Notes under the pieces: model-generated
Told to the model about the DNA's origin: nothing
The model's input: only the letters and a program-made list of their open reading frames with translations
The model's database searches: none
Assembly: GCF_006345805.1 (NCBI RefSeq)
Contig: NC_043004.1
Span: 44,392,001 to 44,456,000, forward strand
Source of the DNA: Octopus sinensis
Lineage: Eukaryota
Length of the DNA: 64,000 nucleotides
Direction of reading: 5' to 3'
Position numbers and translations under genes: made by a program
Shown: in pieces, positions 52,463-64,000 of the stretch
Layout of the letters: each line of letters opens with the position of its first letter
How positions within the stretch are numbered: position 1 is the stretch's first letter

Positions 52463-55400
52463 GAAGCCATTAAAAGAGCATGACGCTAAACTTGTAAATT
52501 TTGATACTCCCAAAAATTTCGTTCTGATCAAGACTGATGAAATATAAGTTATTAATACCTGTTATTTCTCTTTTTTTGTTCTTGAATAACAAAAGCGCCC
52601 TTATTCAACAGGTTTAGAGGCTATAAACACTTGCAAACCATTTTCTTTTTATTATTGCCGTATTACTGGGTGTCAGCTTTGATCAAGCAAACGTATCTAT
52701 GATCAGACGCATTCCAACCATCTTATTGCCAGGTACAGGGTCATATTCTATATGTTATCTCCGATTACAGAAGGGGGCAGTTTGAGATATATTTCTCTTC
52801 TATTTCAAGGGTGCTTACCAACCTAATAGAGGGCTCGAATTAAAGTTAAGTCAGACATATTATGGATTATTTGTAGTTGCGGAAGATATGAAAAGTAATA
52901 AAACGTCTAACAGATACTTGGTTTCTTCCAAGACTGGTATTTTGTAGCAGTGGTTGTAACCCTCAGTGGTAACACGCGTGTAGGGGCTTTGTGATCTCAA
53001 AAGGAGACAACAATTGTCGACAGAGGAGTTATGGAGGGCGCTGGATGTTCATGAGCTCCTGATATTTCTTAGAAATAAAATATTTAGACCAATTACAATA
53101 CTGATAGTTTACAAACATTAAAAAAACAATCTTTGTAGGGATTAAAACATGAACCGGACAATAAGCAGAAACTTCATCGATGGCAGCCAAGGTTCCTTTA
53201 ATTTTTTCTGTAAATCCTCGCTTTCTGTTGCAATTTTCCTAAAGGTCATCAATCCAGGAAATTATGTAAAAAATGACACATGGTGGATGTGAAAGTATAA
53301 GGATAATTAGCCTCAGCGTAATTTCTTATTTTCTTTAATTAAATATTTTGCTGCTTCGTTTTGGGGGGGATCGTTTCTACAACGTCATTCAGTGAAAAAC
53401 AAAATTCGGATATGATTGGTTCACTAGAACCTTCATTGATTACTCCATATGAGAATCCCATATCACAGCAAACATTATTATCATAGATGTATTCTCCTAT
53501 TTTACTTCCAGTTTATTCACACTTGGATTTCTGCAATTTGACATGTGCCAAATTTAAACATTTTGTTGTGTAGTGTATATAGCCAATTTCCTTGACGATT
53601 TATTACACTATAGATGCTGTGCCGATCCCAAAAAATGTAAAACACTGATATTTGTGTCCGTCAGAATTGAACCCATTTCGTAACGTACATGTACTTAATG
53701 CAAGTAAGCCTCTAGATTGCCACACGAATTCTTAATCTCCCTCAAATCTATCTTACCAAACTTCGTAACAAACAAAATCAACATTATTGAATATAAATCT
53801 AAATACGCTATCATATAAGGACGTGTATTATGGGTGTTCTATGTGAACGCTGGATTCTCTGCTAGGATTTTGGCGGAGCCCTACAAATCTCCTCGATGCA
53901 TTGCAACACATGTTTCACCCGAAACACCCATCTCGGTAATCGACTAGGGGCCGATTTCACACCTAAACAGGCGTGTGCTTATATAGAGTCAACTTCCGAG
54001 AGTCGGATCCCAAGTATTTTTTGAGAATCCTTACATTCACCATGTAAATTTTTTTTCTTTATTATATCTAACGGAAACGAAACGCGCTTACTTCGAATAT
54101 TTGACCTTGAGGCTTACCACATGGTAAAACGTTGTCAACCAGTTGCTGGAGTTCTGTCGGGGAATTGTCCAACAAAGCTGTGTCGTTCTAGAAGATAGGA
54201 AAATTTATTTCTAATAATTCTATTTTCGCAGTGTCGGGATTTATCTGGACGTAATATATTTTTTTGCATCTGAAAACGAAGAATAAGTCAGGCTGGTGTT
54301 ATATTATATACAAAAATACGCCAAAGTTTATATGTTTATTGTTGGGAAATCCACATGAGTGAGTAACATGTTCAGCGTGGTAGCATACTCCATGTCGACA
54401 ATCAGATTGTGCTACTACTATTAAGGAAGTAAGATGGGATTGTCATGGATAGAACGTCTTTGATGATAAGTCTGTTCAACTAACGTTGACCTAGGGTTAA
54501 GTAATAAACAACAAGTACGAAAAAATAACAGCAGCAAGATCAACAACAACAACAACAACAAGACAGCATCGATTTTGTATTCTAGAGATTTTAACCCATC
54601 ACTACCTTCATAATTAATGTAAGAGAAACCAAAGAGAAAATATATTAATGGACTTTCTGTCTTGAACCCATCTACCTCATAAAAGCAAATAATAAAACAC
54701 AACAGCTGCAACTGGTGCTGAATTATCTTTAACAAGTTAGTGTTTAGAAAGGAGAATAATAATAAAAAAAAACAACAAGAATCTGAAACCAAATAGAATA
54801 CCACAATGCAAAGTTTAAAACTTTTTATGGGAATATTCTTACACATTTCTGAGCGCTGAAGGACAGGAGACATATTATAAGGAAGCTTTTTATCAAAGAG
54901 TATCTAAGTATACGTTTACGTTTTTGTTTGTTTTGCCTTGCCTTTTTTTCACATTAACAGGTCAAGCGCCATAACTTTTTGCTAAGAGATTTTGCTATTC
55001 ACTTCCATTTTCTTTCTTTCTTTTCTTCGCCATATTTGTTTTCGATTTTTCTCTTTCTTTGGCCATTACGTATTCCTTCACAGTTCCTTTCATGCTTAAC
55101 TATGAAATACTTTACATGAAATCTTGTAATGTATTTCAGATATAAAGATTCTAAGATCTAGGGTTAGCTTGACCATGTTAAATTTTCTGCCTTTTTGATT
55201 TTATGACGCCAATTAGTCATTAAGACAACTAGTTAAGGCATCGCTGCTGCTTGAAAAACAAAAACGAAAAGAAAAACAGAAAAAAAACAAAGAGAGAGAG
55301 AGAAAGAGAGAGAGAGGTGGAGAGAGACAGGTAGAGAGAGAGAGTGAGAAAGGGAAGGATGTGTGCGAAGATGAAAACAGAAAAATATTAAGAGAAAGGA

Positions 55401-55476
55401 ACAGAAAAACAGTGAGAAAATAAAACGAAAAACTGAGAGAATATAGCACACACGAACATACACAATACTCTTATAT

Positions 55477-55584
<108 letters not shown>

Positions 55585-55687
55585 ATATATATATATACAT
55601 ACATATGTGTGTGTAGATGCATATGCGTGTGTATGGAGTGCGTATGTGTGCGTGCGTGTCCGTTGTGTGCCTGCGTGTGTGTGGGGG

Positions 55688-55730
<43 letters not shown>

Positions 55731-57530
55731 AGGGGAGATGAAAATATAAAAAAAGTGAAATCGATAGCCTAATAGCTGAAAAATACGGTGGACATAGCTT
55801 AATGTTTGCATCGTTCCCGGTCGTGTTATCTTTTTAAAACTTACGTGTGTTAGAAGCAGAGACCTTGTATAGAGGCAAATGTCTACTTTTTAAGAGGATC
55901 GGTGTTGATTATAGAAGTAACACGTTTACATATCTACGATAGTGCAGGGAATGCGGAAGAATACGAATAAGGGAACACTAAAATAGTGTGTGTATGTTTC
56001 TATGTCCATGTGTGTGTGTTTGTGTGTGTGTGTGTACGTATGCGTTTGTGTTGAGTGGGTGTCGGTGTGGCAACTTAAAGAGCATGATCTGTAATAAAGA
56101 ATTGCCAACAAGCATATAAAAAAAAAACATTAAATCAAATAGGCGCGTAAAAATGATCAAATGAGAAAACATGGACAAACAAATAACCAAATAGGTAAAC
56201 TGCTACAAGAGATGGTGGATTCTTTGCTTCTTTTCTGAAATTTATCGGCCATTCGAATACAAGAAGCAAAGTAACGTTCTTAAAGATGAAAGGAATGATA
56301 TTAAATCTAAAATGGCCACCGATCCGATCCGTACTTCCGCCTAAACATTACTTATATTCACTTATTCAGTGTTGATTTTTCGTTATTTTTTTTCTTTTCG
56401 CTTCCTGTAACGTATTCGAATTAAAAGACTGCCTTAGGCAAGTCAGCATTAAATATAGTAGAAAGTTCTCACATCATAGGCATATACTTCAATGGTATAC
56501 AATGAATAAAGAAAAGCGCTATCTAATTTCTTTTTCGTCTTGCTTTGACATTCATCTGCCTCTTCTAATATTACTATAAACATTCCATTCTCCACACAGC
56601 ATGCTTGATCTTAACTACATGTAAGTTACATAGCCCCATCATACCTTATCTTATTTTCCTCTTTTCTAGCCAACTATCTCATATTGGATCCTTAATTCTA
56701 GTTCTAAACGCTAAGCACAAAGTTTCTCTCTGATATCTTTGACATTTTGCAGCTTTTCTTTTCACTAGCATCAATTCTCCAATAACTGCGATATTACGGC
56801 ACGACAGCGTAAACTAAACATTTATCATTCAATCTTTTGTTGATGGTCTGTTGAGACAATTGACACTATCAAACAAGTATAATCCATTGCGTATTCCTGA
56901 GGCAAAGGCAACAGAGAAAGAGATAAGACTCCGAACCCTGTTTCGTTTCCAGGTTTCTCTTCTATCTTGAAAACTTAACTGCAAAAGAATAACACTAATA
57001 TTGAGGGCATTGCTCTGCTCCACCACATTGTCATTAAACCTTGCTTTTAAACTGCGGGGCGCAATAAGCCGGATGATTAGTAGAAACATCTGGATGAGTT
57101 ATAGTAGAATATTATCATCGTATCAAAACTGTCTACTCGGAGACCGTCTCACAGTGGAGAAGCAGCTTAGAGTTAACTATGATATATCGTTGTTAATAAA
57201 AGTTACTGCTTTCAATTATGAGAACGATTTACTTGTTATTTCACAAAAGGGAGGGCTTTACTCCTTGGTCATAGCTAACACATATGAGAAAGAGATAGGT
57301 AATTGTATCTGTATATATAGACTATGGTCAGTAATGTAGGTCAAACTTTGAACAAAGTGCTGAACTTTCCTTGACCAGCAACAGGTCCTAGGGGTTCGAA
57401 TATTTCCTCATCAAACTTCTGGTCTAGAGAGGATTTCCCGCCCGTTTTGACAATTAACAAGAGGGCGGATTTGATTTCAAATCTTAGGCAGGGTTAAGCT
57501 AAATCCCTTGGCACACACACATACATATAT

Positions 57531-57578
<48 letters not shown>

Positions 57579-57896
57579 CGCGAGAGAGGGAGAGAGAGAG
57601 AGATGGGAAGAAAGACATGCAATTTATCGAAAGCTCGTGATGTGTTTTTTAGAAAGTATGCCGGATATCGCAAAAACTGATATGTTATTACTTATTTTAT
57701 AATGACTTATAATGACTATATGTTTGTGTTAATGGTATCCTAATTCTAAACCAATGTTTACTATTTTACTTTCTAGCTTTCTTTATTGGTAGTCCCTTCC
57801 CTACTTGTTTTCACTATATTTGAAAGCATTCATTCTATGCATTTACGCATGCTCATACCAATAAGTTTCCCCAGAATATCTATTATATAAAATCAG

Positions 57897-57928
<32 letters not shown>

Positions 57929-58369
57929 CTTCTAGGATCATGGGCATCTTCCATCCGATTGCGCTCAAATTTGATATGTAGATACCGACGGTAGCAGGGC
58001 GTGTATAAGTTTTGAAAAAAATTTCAAAGATCGATTCCAGGTGAGAATGCGAGATATAAAGCCGTGGGAACATGCATTTGTACGTGAAAGCACATCAGCC
58101 GAAATCCGTCTTTTGCAGGTGTCTCAACTTTAGGTTGAATCAGTGTTTCTCAAAGGGGAGGCCTATGGCACGGTCGGACAAGTTGTTTTGAGATAATTTA
58201 GTTTAAATGTTTGATAACTCAGCACCGTCCATTGCACGGGGGGCATTTTGCTCGTATGGATATATGTGAGAGTGTGTGCGTGTGAGTGTGTGTGCGTGTG
58301 TGTATGTGTGTGTGTGTGTGTGTGTTTATTTGTATATTGGTCGTTTGGAAGAATAAATATAGCCTTTAT

Positions 58370-58565
58370 TTTTTACTTGTTTCAATCGATGGACTGCGGT
58401 CCTGACACGACACCGCCTTAAAGAGTTTAGTCGAACAAATCGACCACTGTACGTATTTTTAAATCCTGGTACTTATTCATTCTGTCACATTTGCCGAACT
58501 GGCTAAGTCACAGGGACGTAAATGAAAGTAACATTGCTTCTCTAGCAGTGATGGGGGACAAACAC
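58370..58565 (-). mobile_element. Diverged 3' half of SINE family 1 (similar remnants near 20040-20350, 21690-21830, 48715-48920 and 59158-59245)
   Basis: GACTGCGG..CACCGCCTTAAAG..TTTAGTCGAACAAATCGAC matches the SINE tail. Confidence 0.65.
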
Positions 58566-58859
58566 TCATACAAATACACACATAAACGCACACACACGCA
58601 CAAAATACGCCCGCGCACTCACACACACACACACAGACAACTCATTCAAAAGGTACAAAAAGCAAAAGAAATGGAAGACATGCGAGGTAGTAGGAGACAA
58701 GTTGTATTAGGTTGAGGCTCGTGGATATGTATATATATATATATGTATATATATATGTATGTATGTTTGCATATACATATATAATATATATATATGTATA
58801 TATATAATATACATATATATATGTGTGTATATATATATATATGTATATATATACATATA

Positions 58860-58891
<32 letters not shown>

Positions 58892-58974
58892 CATATATAT
58901 ATGTATATATATGTATATATATGTATATATATATTATATACATATATATACACACACACGTATATATATATATG

Positions 58975-59030
<56 letters not shown>

Positions 59031-59057
59031 ACACGCATATATATACACATATACATA

Positions 59058-59088
<31 letters not shown>

Positions 59089-59090
59089 CA

Positions 59091-59122
<32 letters not shown>

Positions 59123-60358
59123 TTATATATTATATGTATATATATATATATATACCAGACCAGCACCTTTCAGTTTCCGTCTACCAAATCCGCTGACAAG
59201 GATTTGTCCAAGACACCTCGCAGTGAGACTGAACCCGCAACTACGTAGACTTTTCTTGATTTTAGATCGCCTATTTATGTCAACATATTTTAGACACATA
59301 TCAAATATTATTTTCTTGAAGCAAAAAAAGAAACCTTGGACGAAATAACCCTTATTTCAATCTATGACGTTTCATTTAACATTTTGTAATATATTACATT
59401 ACCCGGTACATTTAATATCTCTACCCTCACTTTTTTTCCTTTTTCTATATTGCGTCAACACCAGACTCTAATATCCTTCTACAATAATTAGTATCATATC
59501 GAATAAAAAACTCACCATAGTAAACATCATTTTGCAAAGCCAGTATCCGCAAAACTTCGAAAGAGACTGTCATTATTATGTATTTATAATAAGAATTATT
59601 TATAACTAAAATTATTCTCTCTCTACGTATCATTAATATTGATTTCACCGCTCAGTTCATATTTAGTGTACAGAAGTACACAAATCTTAGAACAAGCAAC
59701 TGATGTTTATATAAACAGATGAATTACTTATTTCTCCGTGGTTTGTCATGTGATGTGGATACGTCTAATGAGATTTCAATTAGGGTGGAAAATCGATCAA
59801 GACTCTTCGTCATATTTTTCAATCTAGAAAGAAGTGAATTTAACATTTTGTATATATATTACGTAGGTTTATACATATTAAATCACACCGTGAGTCTGTG
59901 GATTGGGTACTTAGTTGGCAGGCGTCTGACACTAAATACAGTGTTAAATACTTAGAGTATGCAAATTAGTAATTATGTGAAGCTGAGGGATTTGATGTGT
60001 AAACAGATTCACTACTGGTTTCCCCAGATTGTCAAGTGATGCAGACAACTATGGTGAATCTTCAATACGGGTCAAAAATCGATTAATGCTATTTAAGTTA
60101 TTTTTTTTTAGATTATCAATCTATGGAGGGGTGGGGAATAGGCATATTTATTTTGTTTATGTCTCTGCTACGTAGGTTTATATACATATAAAATCGGTAG
60201 GCCAAAACCTCGAAGTAACTATGACCGCTCTTTTGTAGAATAATCCTCAATACTAACCTATGAATAAACATAAATCTAATTTCAGATTCAGGCAGCGAAA
60301 CGGAGAAAAAGCAGGCTATATATGTTCTTTAGCTAGCTGATCTTTGATGTAATAGTTA

Positions 60359-61645
60359 TCAGGTCATCCCATAAGTTCTGTCCAATTTTACCTCTTTTTA
60401 AAATAGAATGAAATTTAATAGTACTTTAGAATGTCTAATGGAATTTAAAATTAGTTTTATGCATTTGTGTACATTTAACTAATTAGATATCATTTTACAG
60501 AATAATAGAATTAAAATCTCTTTGAGTAAAACCTTTTCTAACATGGAAGTATTCAAAGATCATTTGAGGAACATAATGCTTTATGACTGCAAAAAAGGAA
60601 ACTTGCAGCCGAAGCGACTCGAAACATACACTCAGTTTATGGGAAAGGGTGCTTGAATGAACGAACTTGCAGAAGATGGTTTTCAAAATTCAGAAGTTGA
60701 GATTTCAGCTTTGAAGACGAAGATTGAACAGGACGTCCAGTTGAGTTTGATGATAAATTCTTGAGGCATTACTTGAAGAAAATCCTGCATTATCAGTTGA
60801 AGAATTGACAATAAATCTTAGTTCAAACCATAAAACTGTTCATCGTCAACTTCAACAACATGGAAAGGTTCCTAAACTTGGAAAATGAGTGCCTCATGAA
60901 TTGTCCGAAAGTAACTGCAAATCCCGAGTTGACATCTGCTCTTCTCTCCATTCTCGCGAAATCATTTCACCCTTTTTAGATAAACTTGTGATTGGTGACG
61001 AAAAATGGATCTTCTATCGAAATGTTAAACGTCGTAGTCATTGGCTTGGTAAAAGGGAAAAATCTCAACCACAACCGAGAAGGGAACTTCATTGGAAAAA
61101 AGAATCTTCTCTCTATCTGTAGGGATTGCAAAGGAGTAATTCACTGTGAATTGTTACCACCTAATGCAACAATCAATGCTCAAGTCTACTGTCAGCAATC
61201 AGAGCATTTGAACCAAGCTTTGAAACAAAAAAGACCCGCTTCAGTGAATCAAAAAGGAGTGATGTTTTATCCGGATAATGCGCAACTCCACACTGCAAAG
61301 ATCACATCACAGAAGATCGAAGATCTTGGTTAGGAAACAATTCCTTATCCACGTAATTCTCCCGACCTTGCTCCTTCATACTACCATTTGTTTTGTAGTT
61401 TACAGAATCATTTGGAGAACATAAATTTCGCAAACCAGGAGGAGGTCGAAACTGACATTTCAGATTTCTTCGCTTTGAAACCAAAAGAGTTTTACATTTA
61501 TGGGATTAAAAAGCTTGTAAATAGATGGAAGGGAGTCATAGATAATCAGGGAAAGTACATTGATGAGTAAATTTCAATTAAATATAACATTTAATCACTT
61601 GTTTGCTTTATTCAAAATTCGGACAGAACTTATGGGATGACCTGA
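60359..61645 (+). mobile_element. Second full-length inactive mariner from a different family
   Basis: TIR TCAGGTCATCCCATAAGTTCTGTCC / GGACAGAACTTATGGGATGACCTGA with TA on both sides; dead ORF 60543-61570 with VIGDEKWI, YPDNAQLH, SPDLAPS.YHLF. Confidence 0.95.
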
Positions 61646-61934
61646 TATTTAACTGTGAGTACTCAACAAGACTAATCATCAGGCTGAGATAAAATGAATG
61701 TTGCCTTTTCACTCGGAATTTCCGAGTTGACTCACTGCAGAATCTTATAAACTTCCTACACTTGAATATCAGAATCTCACACTTGTAAATCGATGTATAC
61801 ATACGTGTGTGTGTATGTGTGTGTGTGTGCAAATGTACACTCACATGCATTTGCTTCTGTTTTAAATTGGACATAGTCAGTATTCGCCGAAGCCATATCT
61901 GACATAAAAGTATCTTCTTAAGTTCTAGTCTTTG

Positions 61935-62154
61935 GGCAACCAACTACAGGCAAATAACGACATGCACTATAATAGAACAAAGTACAAACGATTGTACTGA
62001 GCGAACCTTTGAAAAAGTCATCTGACGAAAGACATCTACACCGAAGGATGCACCACAAACATTTGTACAGTACCTCACCCGTGCTAGATGGGTTGAAACG
62101 ATTATCGTGATTAATCAGGAATCTCCTTAATTCTATTTTCTGTTCTCTCATTTG

Positions 62155-62201
<47 letters not shown>

Positions 62202-62204
62202 TAT

Positions 62205-62241
<37 letters not shown>

Positions 62242-62482
62242 ATTAATAGATCATTTTAATTTTATACGTTATACATAAAATACGTTAAAGATAAGTAAAA
62301 TATATGCTACACCATAGCTCTGTAAAATAATATTTTTTTTACAAGACAACATTTATCGACCACCACAAAGTTTTGCCTACATATCCTTTATCGAAGAGTT
62401 CGATGAATGCTATGAGAAGATGAGAGAACTTGCAAATTCATTACTATAATTGTATATAAAATCAAACAATAGACACTCACAG

Positions 62483-62560
<78 letters not shown>

Positions 62561-63263
62561 GCATAGAAACGAAATAATAAAGCAAAGCATCAGCGCACAT
62601 AAGCGTGCATACCCACGCACACCTATGTACACAATCTTAAAGTATGCTGCCGGACTTAAGCCACGTACATTATTCGAATTAAACACACGGTGAGATGTTA
62701 TTCAACAGCGGAAACTGCCGCATAGTAGAAGGATTACTTCTCATAATTCATTCACCGAAATTTTAGCTCAGATCCCAAGGTATTACCGACTTTTTAACAT
62801 AGGTTTTGATATTATAAATAGACAAATTTTCTTTCCTGAAAGACCTTTGAATGGTAAAAGACAACTTTTGTCTTATGAAGGAACCTAAGAAAACTGGTTT
62901 AAAGGCTGAGATTTGGTAGTTTTAGCCTATCCGAAAACATGCATGGTTCGATTTGTGAGGTTAGAAGCAAAGAATGTGTTTCTTAAATAACGGAACATTC
63001 TGCGAGGAAAACACTTCACAAAGATTGATACGTAAGAAAGCTATGTGCAACCAACTACAGGCAAATAATGGCATGCACTATAATAGAACCAAGTAAAAGT
63101 GATTTTATTGAACGAACCTTTCAAAAGACATCTGACGAAACACATGTACACCGAAGGATGCACCATGAATATTTGTACAATACTTCACCTGTGCAAGATG
63201 AGTTGAAACCATAATTGTGATTAATAACGAATCTCGTTAATTTTATTTTCTGTTCTTCCATTT

Positions 63264-63350
<87 letters not shown>
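61935..63350 (+). repeat. Two diverged direct copies (about 61935-62240 and 63047-63350) of a Penelope-like terminal segment plus (AT)n(GA)n
   Basis: GCAACCAACTACAGGCAAATAA, CATGCACTATAATAGAAC, CATCTGACGAAA and CACCGAAGGATGCACCA are shared, followed by the same microsatellite pair. Confidence 0.85.
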
Positions 63351-64000
63351 CGGAAGAAAGAAAGTGAGTGATAGTGACAGTGAAATGATTGTGTTCTCAC
63401 ATATCCTGGATATTTTCTTTCAAGAATTCTCGTATTATATGTGGCAAAGTTTCAAACAATAAAATCTTAGGGTGGCACTCTGCTCCTCTTCGCAACTGAT
63501 GAACCATATGTATGAGATGTGCTGTCGGCAACATACTCGCAACAAGAATTTAAATTATCAAAATTCTCGTTAACAATGGTAAGAATTACATTGAAGCAAG
63601 ACCCATTGGTGTCACATTTTAGCAAGGAAAAAAATACTACATTTACAGAACCCCGAATTGAGGGCATAAGGCATGCTCTTTAAACAATATACTTTTATCG
63701 GCAGTTTGATTAATGTCATTCTACGTGTGAAAAACAATTTAATTTCAAGCAGAAATATATTCATGTGTGTTGGTATATATATATATTGAAAAGATGCAGA
63801 TAACAGATTCAGGCAGGTACCCTTCAAGCATTTTAGTATAATCCAAGTGTTATGATTAACCGCGTAGAATGGTAAGGAACAACTTAGGACTATTTAAAGT
63901 AAACAATCCGAATGTATTAAATTCGATGGGTGGTGGGTAAAATATGCTGTATATATGACTGTAATGATAAAATCTCTATATAATTCTCCTTATTTATTTG

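Noticed and set aside
62015-62055. CTGACGA...CCGAAGG (also near 63130) as a hammerhead
   Set aside because: No stem II pairing, GAAG instead of GAAA, and the homologous copy near 14930 lacks the core.
63471-63578. Possible host exon (AG...GTAAGA); also strong donors at 3360 (+) and near 12752 (-)
   Set aside because: All three frames of 63471-63578 contain stops, and the other sites give no recognisable peptide.

Overview
AT-rich eukaryotic non-coding DNA packed with microsatellites and transposon debris. The SINE families and the density of (TA)n/(CA)n/(GATA)n point to an octopus genome (inference). I recognise no host exon, rRNA, true tRNA gene or CRISPR array, and most of the ORF track is microsatellite translation. 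Recognisable elements: a decayed, rearranged Helitron (1-1830, -); Tx1/L1, R4-like and two CR1-like LINE fragments; two full-length but dead mariners with TIRs and TA TSDs; a maT/Tc1-like transposon split by a CR1 insertion; three tRNA-derived SINE families; and a 100-N gap. The unexplained signal is RNA-level: several unrelated repeats carry hammerhead ribozyme (HHR) motifs. The best case is a head-to-tail 482-bp repeat (22169-23170) with one textbook type I HHR per unit on the - strand, the layout of a circRNA-producing retrozyme. The second is a 2.4-kb fold-back, ORF1-only Tx1-like element (41451-43871) whose inverted ends each carry a minimal HHR just downstream of AATAAA. All structures were paired by eye; no folding or database search was run.
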